64,000 nt of DNA from Macrostomum lignano (lineage: Eukaryota): NCBI GenBank assembly GCA_002269645.1, contig NIVC01002974.1, positions 62,001 through 126,000 on the forward strand. The letters are read 5' to 3'. The notes under the pieces are model-generated. The model did no database searches, had not been told where the DNA came from, and saw only the letters and a list, made by a program, of their open reading frames with translations. A program made the position numbers and the translations under genes. Shown here in pieces: positions 36,458 to 50,084 of the stretch (the stretch's first letter is position 1; the number at the start of each line of letters is the position of its first letter).

Positions 36458-36871
36458 CACATCAAGAGCGCTAGCTCAGGCTGAGGTGCCGCATCCCTCT
36501 CCCCAGCCCCACCTGGTCATTCCTGCTCCGCCCGGTGTGCAGCTTGGCGGCCGGGGCGCCCACCAGCTCCTTGAGGCGGCGCTCATTGGCGGTGTGGATG
36601 TCCTCGTCAGACGGCGCCGGGACGAAGCTGCCGGACTGCCATTCGGCGGCCACCAGATCCAGGCCGCGGTGCAGCTCGGAGGCCTCCGCCTCGGTCAGGA
36701 GGCCCGCGCCAACCAGCGCCGTGGCGTAGGCGCGGCTGCCGCGCAGGTCCTGGCGCCACATCCGCTTGTCGAAGGACAGGGAATCGTTGAACGCCTGCAT
36801 GAGCGGGTCCAGGCCGCCTGTGAACCGGCCGCCCCACAGCTTGGACTCGGACACCTGCGAGGGTTCGGGAT

Positions 36872-37232
36872 TTTTTTTTAGAGGCAGGGGGGTTGTGTGC
36901 ACCCTGGCGCACTTTAAGCGACATAGCACACAACCGGCGAGAGGCATTACTGCCCATTCCGCCGACTCCCCTGAACAGGCATACAAGCGCGCGGATACGT
37001 ACGCAGGCACACACTCACACAGGAGTGTACAGCGGCCCTAACTTTATATTATCGTTAGGCATGTACACTTCACTGTGCCTTGGGGGGTTGGCTCTCAAGG
37101 CCGTTAATTGCACGAGCAGAGCCAAGCCGAGATTCCAAATCGGCCCTAAATTAATGTGACTGCACTTGGAATCGAGCCTGGGTCGCTGGCACACCAGAGC
37201 CTGCGCTAGACCGCTGGGCTACGGCTCCCCTT
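36872..37232 (-). mobile_element. tRNA-derived SINE with poly-A tail and 13-bp TSD
   Basis: Minus strand head TAGCCCAGCGG (A box) and GGCTCGATTCC (B box), A9 tail. TSD GAGGGTTCGGGAT at 36859-36871 and 37233-37245. Confidence 0.88.
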
Positions 37233-37756
37233 GAGGGTTCGGGATGGTCCGAGCCGTAATTATTGTTGTCAAAAACTTTACCGTGACAAGAATAGCTAGA
37301 GTCATTGAAAAAACTCTCTAGTGACTCTAGCGACTTCGAGGCAACTCGTGTGACTTTTAACGACTGTTAGGCGACTGTTGCGTCACAAGACTTGTAGAAT
37401 CATATAAGAGCCGTTCAAGAATCTTTGTGTTAGCGCTTAACTTTCGCTAGAGATGCTATTCTAATTCATCAAGCGACGCAATGCGCTTCAAACGCAACTC
37501 AGTGACTCTACAGCGACTCTGGCACGCCTCAGGTACGACTTTACCCCTCATTATCCTCAGGTACGACTAGAGTCAGTTCAGAGTCGCAGGCTAAAAAACG
37601 CTTCAAAGCGATTCTTAAACGACTCTTTAACGACTTTTTGGCGTCTTGCACCGTGACATCTCATCGTTTTAGAGTCGTTTAGAGTCACTTATTTCCAATT
37701 TTACCTGTGTCATCTGCAACGACTATGGGGCGACGCTAGTGACTCTTCTCGGGACG

Positions 37757-38453
37757 CTTCTTGGCCTGGATCCCTTTTTCATGGGGCTGTGAGCTTCTTG
37801 GCCTGGATCTCTTTTTCATGGGGCTGTGAGCTTCTTGGCCTGGATCCCTTTTTCATGGGGCTGTGAGCATCTTGGCGCAGCGCATCTTGGCCTGGATCCC
37901 TTTTTCATGGGGCTGTGAGCTTCTTGGCCTGGATCCCTTTTTCATGGGGCTGTGAGCATCTTGGCCTGGATCCCTTTTTCATGGGGCTGTGAGCATCTTG
38001 GCCTGGATCCCTTTTTCATGGGGCTGTGAGCTTCTTGGCCTGGATCCCTTTTTCATGGGGCTGTGAGCTTCTTGGCCTGGATCCCTTTTTCATGGGGCTG
38101 TGAGCATCTTGGCCTGGATCCCTTTTTCATGGGGCTGTGAGCATCTTGGCCTGGATCCATTTTTCATGGGGCTGTGAGCTTCTCGGCCTGGATCCCTTTT
38201 TCATGGGGCTGTGAGCATCTTGGCCTGGATCCCTTTTTCATGGGGCTGTGAGCATCTTGGCGCAGCGCATCTTGGCCTGGGTCCCTTTTTCATGGGGCTG
38301 TGAGCATCTTGGCCTGGATCCCTTTTTCATGGGGCTGTGAGCATCTTGGCCTGGATCCCTTTTTCATGGGGCTGTGAGCATCTTGGCCTGGATCCATTTT
38401 TCATGGGGCTGTGAGCATCTTGGCCTGGATCCCTTTTTCATGGGGCTGTGAGC
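37757..38453. repeat. 37-bp minisatellite (CTTGGCCTGGATCCCTTTTTCATGGGGCTGTGAGCAT)
   Basis: About 18 spacer-less copies. Confidence 0.96.
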
Positions 38454-38757
38454 TGCTGAACCAGTTTCCATTGTCAGAGAACAGGATTGTTAGATAAAAA
38501 ATCCAAAATTCAAAGAGAGAACTGTGTGGTTTGCCAAAACTTCAACTTGCGCAGCATAAGGCAAGCCGCTTAAATCTGGACAGCATGAAATTTGAGTCCC
38601 GGACAAATCATATAGCTGCTGTTTGGGGAGGAAAAAAAGAAGGGAATAAATAATTATGACGCATCGTGATGACTTCCGCTTAATACAGAGATTATGAAAA
38701 CATCCGATCGCACTCAAAACAGTTACTCTTTTCTTCTCAACGGCAATTAACAGCAGA

Positions 38758-39441
38758 AAGACCATGGGGGGCTGTATTTCAAATACACACATTTTCCTTT
38801 GTCTGGATCTCCAAAAATATTCAACCAATTGCCATGAAAATTTTCCGCTCTATTCGATGGAGCAACTTCGAAAATCAGGAAAAATCGGCATCGTCGAGAT
38901 ATTCAACGATTATCCTCGGGGTGCCTTGTGGCAAAAATCACCAACATTGGCAAAAAATTTTCCACGTCGGCTCTACAAACTAGTCGTGAGGCCTTTGTTC
39001 TCAGCATCTAAGGCACCAGGGTCCCCTTCAGCACCGTCTGGAGCATCGGCGGCGACCGTCGGCACCTTCAACAAAAGCACCCGTCGGTATCTCAGAGACG
39101 GCTGCGTTCCCAAAACTGAAGTGGAAGAATCCTCTTCTGCATGCAGCATTCAGTCAGTAGACACAATCGGTGAATAAAATGGACGATGGTGACCCTCTAG
39201 GCTGACCTGTAGACATAAAGGCGACCTTCGGGACCTTCAACGGAGTGCCACCACGCGGCCACCCCGAGGAGAATCGTTGAATATCTCGACGATGTTGACG
39301 TAGGATGACTTTGAAAGTCAGTTCGTCGGAAAGGGCGGAAAATTTTGATCCATACGGTGGACTTTTAAGAAAATCGGTAATTCGGTTTGCGAGAAATCGT
39401 GAAATGGGTTGTGTGCATTTGCAATATACCCCCGTGGTCTT
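38758..39441. mobile_element. Possible non-autonomous DNA transposon with imperfect ~30-bp TIRs
   Basis: AAGACCATGGGGGCTGTATTTCAAATACACACA versus reverse-complemented AAGACCACGGGGGTATATTGCAAATGCACACA. It interrupts a region homologous to 27540-27590. No TSD seen. Confidence 0.5.
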
Positions 39442-39703
39442 CCCCATGGGAAAAATAGCCTGGTCTTTCTATTGTTAACGGAACAAAAGCAGAAACCGAA
39501 TGTCTTGCACACAGAAGCGCATTCGCAAAGACTATCAAGGAAAGCAAATTGAAGCGTTGTGATAAAAATACAACGTTGTTAAATTTCGGGACAAAAAATG
39601 AAGCAAAAAAAGTTGAAATTATGTGACATGATCTACCTCTAAATTGCGGTTCGTAAAGTTCGTCTGCTCTGCACAGTCGCAGCAGCACCTGTCGCATTCG
39701 CAC

Positions 39704-40482
39704 TCAGCGGCGGACAAAGAAGTCGCCGCTGCTGGCGCTGCTGAGCGCGGCCGGGACCGCAGCAAACTCCAGCAGGTGGCACAGGCGCTGCTGCTGGCTG
39801 AAGATCACCGCCTGGCAACCGGAGCGGCACCGGTACAAGCACTCGGGCAGCCCGGCACACTGCAGTGTTCTGAAGGCGGGCGCATCCGGGACGCTCAGCT
39901 CAACGAAGGTCCGGTTACCGGGAACGAACACGTTCCGGTCTGCAGTTTAAAATGAGCGCCAGTTGCATTAATACCAAGCCTTTCTACATAGAAAGCAATT
40001 TGTACTTTTAACCTACTCATGCAAGCGTCTTCCGAACTGCCCGTGTAGCTCAGCCGGAGCACCCGGTTTCGGTAGTCGCCTCCGCAGTTCTGGCCCGAGT
40101 TTCCACTGCAAGCGAGATTGCATTCCGAGTCAGAAGCAGCGCCCAGCGACCCGTAGGACTTGCCGCAGTAGCACCAGAATGCCGACTGCAGAGCCGCGAA
40201 CTGGAAGCCGCCCAGAGCGCAGACGCTGCTGCACAGCTCGTGAGTCATTATCGAGTAGCTGCCGACAAAAGCGCCACTGGCATCGTTTATCGGAGATACC
40301 TCGGAGCTTCCGATCCGTATGAGGCCAATGTGCTTCATGTCATTGACGTCTCTCACGCCATTCGCGTCGTCAACGAAGCAGCCGAGGTCCGAGATCTGGA
40401 ACTGGCGGCAGAGAGCGGCGCAGATCAGGCAGCTCAGGATCGGCATGCCGGTCCTGTACAGAGCCGGCATGGTAGGCTGCAT
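39704..40482 (-). CDS. Secreted WSC + PAN/apple protein, diverged paralog C (exons 40482-40017, 39939-39704; ~233 aa)
   Basis: Same signal/WSC/PAN cysteine pattern. A 77-bp GTAGGT...CTGCAG intron gives an open spliced frame. Confidence 0.85.
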
Positions 40483-41099
40483 TTCAGAGAGATTGGCGGA
40501 GTTCGGACTCAGAGTAGAGAGAGAGAGAGAGCGGATTCGCAGCGAGAGGCCTTATCACAGCTGTGTGAAGCGCATTATATTTGCTAACACAGAGACAATG
40601 GGCCTTCAATACAGAACCCGTGACGGGTTTGCACAGTTGCATGATTCCCGATTGGAATCCGTTGGCTGCCGCCATTGCGTCAAAGCCAACAGGCCCCCGT
40701 CTGTTTGTGTAAATGCAAATTACACATCACGCCGCAGAAGTGAAGAGCGGCTCACCGTCTTGACCACCTGGAGGACGCGGCATTCACTTGCACGAAGTGC
40801 AAATAATTTAAATCTGCCAATAATAAGTTATTAATGTCAAATTCATTGCACGGCCGTCCCCAGACAGGGAGCAAGGAAATACAAGCCAGTTACTCTAAGG
40901 CAGACTTCACTTCGCAACTTAAGAAATCCTTCTCTACTCGGAAAGTTGTACAATTGTCCTCTTTAGAACAACTCATAAATTGAAACTTCTCGACTATTCT
41001 AAATGCAATTAATTGAAAATTCACTCCACATTCCCGAAAACCCTGCTATGTAGATAAGTAATTTCCAGAATTTACATACCTCAAAATGAAAACCTTTAA

Positions 41100-41800
41100 C
41101 GCAAACTTTCACTGTTAACACCAGTTTGAGTTGGTATAGAGGGCGATCTGACCGCCGTCCTTGTTGAACACTGCCACGGCAATGTCGTCCATGTACATGT
41201 ACATGTAGCAGCCAATGTTGCTGTAGCCCCGTCTTTGCAACATGCGCTTGATGGGCTGGCTGACACAGTGAAAAGCTTCCACGGAGATAGCGGCGCCGAA
41301 GGGGAGCCGCGTATCGCAGAGGAACACCAGGTTTCTGCGTGTGATGCTCTGCTGGCAACTCTAGTGCTTGATGAATAACGAAGCTCGTATCTTGCTTTGC
41401 TTGTTTATTTGGCTTTAGGACCACATTAATGCTAGCGGGGCTTGTAACAAGATTATGAAACTAGGACACTTATATACGTATTAGGAAGGGATGAGGGAGG
41501 CGGCATTTGGGCGCAGCGGCCATAGACTATTGCACGAGCGTATGTCACTGCGGTCACTGAATGTCCGCACTGATTCTGACGCTCCGGTAGTTGTTGGCGA
41601 GGTCGACTTTGATCATAAACCCATGAGTAGGATCTTGGAGTTAAACTGATTGACGGGCTCAAATTTAATTTAATAGTCGAACGAGAAGCGGCCATCCACT
41701 CAGACGCCAGTAGGGTTGCAGCAGACAAGGATTAGGCGGATTTTGTTGATCCCCTTAGGGATGGCGTCAAAGGAACTGATAACATCCAGGTTGTCGCTGA
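41100..41800 (-). pseudogene. Degenerate DIRS/Ngaro-like reverse transcriptase fragment
   Basis: KIRLI..., FMIKVDLANNYRSVRI, DTRLPFGAAIS, YMDDI, spread across frames with stops. Confidence 0.6.
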
Positions 41801-43104
41801 CTTGTACGTAGAGGCCCTTCAGCAACTGCTGCCGCACCTGATACTCAACCAGCTTTACGTTAGGTGTTCGCTGAGGAATAGTTATGAAATTCCGACGTTG
41901 CTGCAGCTGTGTCCAGCATATCAGGTTGCGGAGTCGGAAGTCGTAGCGGATGCTATTCAGCAGTCAGTTAATCTTTCTAAGTGGCTTTAGCGAGGTCAGT
42001 AGAAAAGGCGATGTACTCGAGGGGCATTGAAAAGGGCCAGTTCGAGAGTGGTGGGAGTTTGACTTTATCGTCAGCCAGCCGAGCTGCGCTGCGAGTTGAA
42101 AGCCTCAGTCAGCAACAATTTAGTTTTTGACGAGCAGATCTGGCGCTGGTGGGCTCGTAGCAGAAGGAGCAGACATGTCGGAACTTGCAGCCGCGCCAAA
42201 TGCAGCCGATGTGGCTGAAGCTCCCGCTCTTCCGTATCGATTGGGCCGACGAAGCTGGATGGCTGCTTTGGCCTGCTGGGCTTTGGGTTGGTCCGCTGCA
42301 GGTTCTCGTTGCTGATTAAGTCGAACTTTATGATGCGTATTCTGTGTTAATATATATATTCTATTCGGACATTTTTGCTATTTTGTTTGTGGGCTGGGCC
42401 TGTCAAGCTAGATGCTAAAGGGCTACAGCAAAAGAAAAAGGAAATAAAAAGGAAATACCTTGGCCGCTCGAATACGCGGGATTAAAATCGTCTGTGATAA
42501 TCTCATCATAAAAGTTTATACGTCAAAGGACTTTAGTATTATACTAGGATGTGCTTGCTTGGACACGCTCACAGGGATTTCTTTGTCCAGAGTGGCGATT
42601 TCTGGAATCGTGCCGCTTTTATTCTCATTGCCTTGTGGAATGTAAATAAAAATCAATCCTATTCTAGCGATTGAAACCAACAGCTTCATGGCAATTTAGA
42701 ATTCTCCATTGTGATAGATTTTGCTTTCAAAAATCAGATAGTGTATAAACTCTCTAATGGTAATCTGGCTCACAGCATCGCATTGTTCCCTGCTTCTTCA
42801 CGGTAAATCCATTAGAGACTTACGTAAAACAAAAGCCACATCTGAGCTCAACACTCAGCAGGCTGCACTCAAGTACATTTCTTAACATAGTAAGAAGTGC
42901 TGCTTGGATTGCTGCGAGCTGTGGAGACTTCGAGTTTTGACAGCGTCGCTCTGTCAGCGCCTTAGTGTCCTTGGTTAGTGAGTCACAGTTGAAACCCGTG
43001 CTCAGAGCAGCGTCTTGGAGCAGTCGGTCTCCTGGACTTCCGCCACTTGGTTTAAACTAAGAAAAAACAAAATCATTGGCTATGCTTTGAGAGAAGAGAA
43101 GAGA

Positions 43105-43607
<503 letters not shown>

Positions 43608-46600
43608 CATTGCGCAGTGGTGGACTGTTTCTTACATTTGACTAAATGAGTCCCCAATCCTGGCTGGAGTAAGTTGGCTCTCGCTACTCTAGCGAACGGC
43701 TACTCTAGCGAACGGCTACTCTAGCGAACGGCTGCTCTAGCGAACGGCTGCTCTAGCGAACGGCTGCTCTAGCGAACGGCTGCTCTAGCGAACGGCTGCT
43801 CTAGCGAACGGCTGCTCCATTTCATGACTCACTGTCGAGTACTTCTGTTACCTTCATCGCCATGTTGCATGCGGCACCCCAGTCTCAGTTTCTTTGTCCT
43901 CGCTGTCTCAATCGTTTTACAGAATTTTGCTTCTAATAACTAAATGTGTAAATAACTAAATAAATGTGAAGCTACCCATACTGTAGTTCCCAGTGGGACA
44001 ACTAAGTGGGGCGTACAGTGGGCGGTGTGCGCCCTCGCGACCGCCTGTGAGGGCAGTCAGTAAATATTTTTATTTTCACTTTACAATGAAGTATGATATG
44101 ATTTTTCAATGAGAAATTGTGATTTTGTAATCGTAATACTTTATTTCGCCTCAATAAGTACGATTTTTTAAATCCTAATCGAAGCTGACCGGTGATCGCC
44201 CGGCGGCCTATGAGGCGGCAACCTAAGTTTGGCATGTTTCATGTTCAAGGCAGCTTTATTTAATAGCACTGCCCTTTCAGCTTAGCGTTAGAACCGTTTT
44301 TCACAATAATAGGTGGCTACTCTTTACAATAACGTTAGGGCTATATTTGCTGTTGCCTAGTGCCAGCATTGTGAAATTATTTTTCCGGAAAGATGTGTAG
44401 AGTTTCATAATATTTAAATGCGCATCAGACTACTTTTAGTAGCGTAGAGCTGAAGCCCCCCCCCTCGAGAACAACTTTTTGTTTGCAGTCGAAAGAAGAT
44501 TAAAAGCATCAAATAGACGATAAATATTAAATATTTGCGCTTTTAGAAAGCGGGCTTGTCCTTGCTATCTATTTTAAATTGCTGCTAAACCTGCTGATCG
44601 AACATGCCGGCTTAAAATGCCCCTTAGCAGTAGAATTAAGGGCTCCTCACTGGGTGAAACTACAAGCAGTGTCTGCAATGCTTGACTTCATGCTGTTGGC
44701 CAGAAATCCATAATCAATGATCTGAAAAATGCTGCAGCAGCTGTTACAGCTTTGAGTAGTGCCCACTGAAATCGCAGATTTTTTATTCCAGGATGCCGTT
44801 GCGCAGCTTGGATATTTCTCTGCAGGCAAAACTAACTATTGATTGTTTAGATATTTTGTTTTGGTGAAAACACGCTGTTTTAACAGCTGGAATTTAAACC
44901 CACAGAATTTGGACCCTGTATCTCTTTTGCTTCTTTGATTTAAAATCTAACAAAAATATTTAAATAGCTAGTGCAACAGAAGTTAGGAAAAACCAAACAA
45001 GGTCTACCAGTTCGATTCCGTCGGTTTATTTCAGCAGGATTCTACTGTCTCTTTTTCTCTCCATCTGTCCTCTCCACCCTATTGCCCACAGTCCCTTCTA
45101 TCTGTCTACTCTCCCTCTCTCCCTTTGTTCACACTGATCTCCCTCCCCCCCTTCGATCTGTCTATACTCTCACTCTGTTATCCCTGTCTTCTCTTCCGCT
45201 GTACCCTTTTTTCATCCTCCCTCTCTTGCATCTGCCCTGCATCCCTTTCACCTGTCCTCTCTGCTGCTCTATCTGTCTTCTTGTGTACTGCTTTTTCATC
45301 TCTCCTCTCTCCCTGTTTTCTATAGCTTTCTCTGTTTCCCTGTTTTCTCTAACTGCTCTACTGCTCCACAAGCGAAAGAATAGATAAAAATCAGGCAAAC
45401 TTCACATGCTCATAGTTTCTGTCCTGTCCTGATTGAGTTATGAAGCTGAGACTCCATGTTAGGACAGAAAACATATCAAGGCGCAATCGACTCAAGTTTG
45501 AAATAAATATATTTATTTGGGGCAAAGTTACGGCAGTCTAAATTAGCCAGGGGAGTAAGAGCCAGGTAATCCGACCTATTGGCTCGCTGTGCTGCGCTGC
45601 GAGAAGCAAAGCTGACTTAAAGCTTTAACCCAGAGGCTGGCAAACTTTTTTCCTCAAGGGCCAGATGAAAAATCCAGCGCAAGCTCATGAAACATGAGAG
45701 ACAGCGAGAGATGAGATAAGAAAGAAGACAAGAGGAGAAAAGAGGGAAGAGACGAGAGAAGGAAGAGAAAAAGGAAGTAGGTAGAGAGGATAGAGGGTAG
45801 AGAGGATACAGGGTAGAGAGAATACAGGGTAGAGAGGATAGAGGGTAGAGAGGATAGAGGGTATAGAGGATGGTAGAGAGGACAGAGGAACTTCACATTG
45901 CCGAGCACGCTCTTCCATAAGGTTCGGCGTAGTGAAAGATGCTGCTAAAATGTTTTTTGGCAATGTGAAGTTTTGGCCTAGTGAAAGAGAGTGCTTTTCA
46001 GGAAAGTGAAATTTTTGCCTAATGAAAGCGCCCCGTGAATTTGTTGCGGTTGTAAACTTTTATTGAGTTTGTAATATTTGTACGTTTGTAACTCGCGCTA
46101 AAAATATCAACTCTTTCGTTTCAGACGACACACAAATCTCGAAGTATAGATAGTTACAAGCAGATACAGTTGTTCATTGTAGTAAATGAACAGGACAAGT
46201 ATGCAAAACAGATTAAGCGTTGTTGTTGAAAGGCTAAACTTTGTAATTAAAACGTAAAAAAATATAGTTACTGTAACATTCACATGGGTATTAACGGCTT
46301 AATAAGCCTTAAAAGAGTTAGTAACCAGTTAATGAAACAGCGCTTGCAAAGCTTGCAGGAGTAGAATTACCTGGTAGTTTAGTGATTGATGATTAGCGAT
46401 TATGTTAAAATATCAACTCTCAGTGTCAGAAAAACAATAGGAGGAAGTCCGCAAATGACTAAAAACTTTCATTGCAATGAACTGAGGAATTATATTGATA
46501 CAAAAAGTACTTCAAATAATAAGTTCGCAATTCTGTCTTGACTAAATAAATTTCACCAGTACGAACCACTAAATTAAATTGAATCAAAAAGTGCATTGAA

Positions 46601-47204
46601 AGGTGAGTACTCGTAAGTGTCGGGCTTCAAAAAAGAAACGTAAAATCCTGTGTCTTTGCAAAAAACTGAAAGTGTGCAGAATTCGGCGGCCAGCCGCTTG
46701 TATCCGAGTAGCAGGACAGTTGAGTCTTCAAAAGATTACAAAGCTGCTGTTTGAGAGGGAACCAAAGGCAATAAATAACTATAACACGCCAATCAATTTC
46801 TCTGGTTTTGAATCCTGACAAAAAGTATCCGATTGCACGCAAAACTACTCTTTTCTAATCAACAATTAACAGAACAAAAGCAGAAATCGAATGCCTAACA
46901 CACAGAAGTGCATTCGCAAAGATTATAAAGGAAAGTACATTAAAACATTTTGGTAAAAGTAAAAAAGGTTTAGCATTTTCGGATGAGAAGCAAAAATAGG
47001 TTCGCGTTCAATTTCGGCCAGTTGATTTCAGACGCAGACGTCTACAGCTGTTAGTACTTTGAGTACTTTTGAGTACTTTAAAGTCTTTGAGTAGGCTTAG
47101 GTATGCTTGCTAGTTGACACTGTTTGTTTTGATTTGCCTCTAAATTTCGGTTCTTACAGCTCGTCTGCTCTGCTCAGCTGCACCAGCACCTGCTTCATTC
47201 GCAC

Positions 47205-48030
47205 TCAGCCACGGACAAAGAAGTCGCCGCTGCTTTCGCTGCTGAAGGCGGCCGGGACCGCAGCATACTCCAGCAGGTGGCACAGGCGCTGCTGCTGGCT
47301 GAAGATCACCGCCTGGCAACCGGAGCCTTTACTGGAGCACAGAGACACGCACTGGATCCGACTCGGGGCGCTCACAGTCGTAAAGTTCAGCGCATCAGGG
47401 ATGTTGAGTTCGACGAAATTCCGGTTGCCGCGAACAAAGAAGTCGTTACCTTCGATTTGCAATGAAATAATTTGAAGTTGAGGTGAGTTGAGCCACTGAA
47501 AGGCATCTGATTGTCTGCTTAAAAGTTTGTTTGTCTGGCGCCAAAATCCAATGCAGCAACATACGAAGAACAAAAATTAAACAAGTGGCCACCAGCAGCA
47601 GCAACTCACCGTTCGTGTAGCTCAGCCGGAGCACCCGGTTTCGCCACATACCTCCGCAGTTCTGGCCCCAGTTTCCACTGCAGGTATCGCTGCACTCCCA
47701 GTAAGGAGCAGCGCCCTGCGACCCGTAGGAGTTGCCGCAGTGGCACCAGTACGCGGCCTGCAGAGCCGCGAACTGGAAGCCGCCCAGAGCGCAGGCGCTG
47801 CTGCACACCTCGCGAGTCATCTGACCGCAGTTGATAGAATCGTATATCTGAGATACCTCGGAGCTGCCGATCCGTGTGAGGCCGATGTTCTTCATGCCAC
47901 CGACGTCTCTCACGCCATTCGTGCCGTCAACGAAGCAGCCGAGGTCCGAGATCTGGAACTCCCGGCAGAGAGCGGCGCAGATCAGGCAGCTCAGGATCGG
48001 AGCAGCGCAGAGGATCCGGCAGAGAGGCAT
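47205..48030 (-). CDS. Secreted WSC + PAN/apple protein (copy B)
   Basis: WSC exon identical in translation to copy A; PAN exon differs at K/Q and S/G. Confidence 0.82.
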
Positions 48031-50084
48031 GGCCAGGCTGGGTTTGTCAGTTTGGCAGAAGATTGCCGAATCTCTGTGCGAGAGAGAGGCTAAATAACAG
48101 CAGCCTTATTGATGCGTTGCCATGGAGACTCTCAGCAGGCAGCGGCTTGCATATCGGTAAACAGAGCTCTGTCAGATGATGCATTAGTCGGATTGAAATC
48201 CATCAGCTCCATACATTAACTCTGTGATTATTCAGAATCAGTGAGCTGTGAGATCATTCGGAGCCTCAAATTGCTTTTTCACTGCAACATCAAGCTTGCA
48301 GCAGCTGCTCACAGATGCATGAGCTTTAGTCGAGATCTATTATCGGTTGCGCAGGTGTTGTCGAAGCCACAAGGCCCACCGTCAGTTTGCATCAATAAAT
48401 GAATTTAATTCTACTGCAGCGCTCAGTTCGTGAGTTAGAGATGATAGAGCAGAGTGGCGATGCATGAATAGGACAGACTGAAGCTCTGAAGATTTTAAAA
48501 TTTTTCGGAAGAAATAAATGAGAAAATTTTTTTTTATCAGCTAAAAAGCTTGGGACTCAGTTAGTCAAATGTAAGCAGCATTCGCCCACTGCGCAATGGT
48601 GTTGCTTAACGGAATGTAGAACAAAGCAATTTTTTTTAATGAAACGTCCCGAAGAGTCAGGTGCATGCAACACTGGGAGTCGAGGGATGCCCAGTTGCAC
48701 GAAGGAAACACAGGCTTACTGATCAATTTTGTTCAATAAAATATTCCAAACCCTGCTGTGCCGCATCAAAAGGCCCAGAGGCATCAAATACGCTTGTTAC
48801 CGCCTGAGCGGAGAGCGGAGCCCGAGAGTGATCCTGGCGGCTCATCAGGCTGATGACAATTCTTCTCCAGCGTGTGTAACATGACTTGAAGTTTTCTGTG
48901 ATTTTTTAACCGAAATAAATTGAGGACTTTTTACAGGGCTTCCAGCTCTGCATCTTCCGGACCGAGTTTTGCTGCCCACCAGCAGAGCAGAGCAGGAGCT
49001 GCTGCAGCCACCGGGCGTGTCAGGCTCTCACACCACGAGCCCTGCTTCCATTCCGTGCGCGGTCACATAAAGTAGGGGCTCCTGCAAGAAAAGCTCACTG
49101 ACAGTTGTCGTGCGATCCACAGCCATGAAGGCCAAAGGAAGGAAAGGAAATGAAGGAAAAGCACTGAGGTAGAGGTATTTAAGATTTTTCAAGTCGCTGT
49201 AAGAAAAGCAACTAAAAGAATAGTGCAAAAATTCAAGAGATTTAAGAAATCGCAAGTTTTAATTGTCGAAAACATTATTTTGGTGGTGCATAGACTTGAG
49301 CCGCAATGGTCTTGGTGCTGCTGTTATGGGATAGCGGGGGCAACATAACATGCTGTGCTAGTGTTGCAGAGAATTTAATTTTTCAAATTTAAGGACAGAC
49401 AGTTCCTCTGGAGGCAATCCCGATTGTTGGCAATGGTGTCATTCCACCATGCACTGTCAGTTGCGCTCTCTGCAAACTTGTCTTTGCTACGATACTACGA
49501 TACTAGTCACCCTTACGCCATTGGCGTCCAACGACGCAACTCGCCCAATTGTTGTCGTGCGATTCGCCGAGTGTACAAGCCTGACGATCAGAAAGTCAGG
49601 GCCGCAGTACATCCTGTGTGTGCTTGCGTACAGCATTGGTGTGACCAAGGAGTCCGCGAAATGGGCAGGATTGACTCAAGAGAGCCTGAGGCATCGATCC
49701 AAGTCAACTGCTGGCAAACTGAATAAAACGAAGCGAATGCATTCACAAGTTTTCATCATTCATTGACTAAAGAGCTACAAAATTCACATATTGATATTCG
49801 CCTGCACCAGCTGATAGGCATTGTGTATAATTTATTGTGCATAATTTAAGCTGACTGGATGCTCAGGCTTAAGTGGAAGCATGCAGGACATCGATTTGTA
49901 AACAGCGTGTAGAATAAGAGATTATTAAGCAAAATTAAATCAGCAATTCAGAATTCGCTGCGCTATGGTTAATATGGATGATTGGAATTGCACATTAGAG
50001 CTCGAACACTGCGATTCATAAGGCAATCAATGGTGACAGACAACAGGTAATCGCTTGTCTTTGCAAAGCTGGCTGTGTTTCTGT

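Larger units (their letters stand above)
33000..36854 (-). pseudogene. ASL: Argininosuccinate lyase, copy A (probable pseudogene)
   Basis: Exons 36854-36513, 35486-35249 (5' 69 nt and acceptor missing), 33856-33256, 33144-33000. GNPFG changed to GNVFE and SMLRR to SMPRR relative to copy B. Confidence 0.88.

Noticed and set aside
37757-38453. 37-bp repeats (and 29-46 bp arrays) as CRISPR arrays
   Set aside because: No unique spacers, no cas genes, eukaryotic context.
45631-45680. hAT/Charlie-like left end (CAGAGGCTGGCAAACTTTTT...AAGGGCCAGAT)
   Set aside because: No matching right end or 8-bp TSD found.
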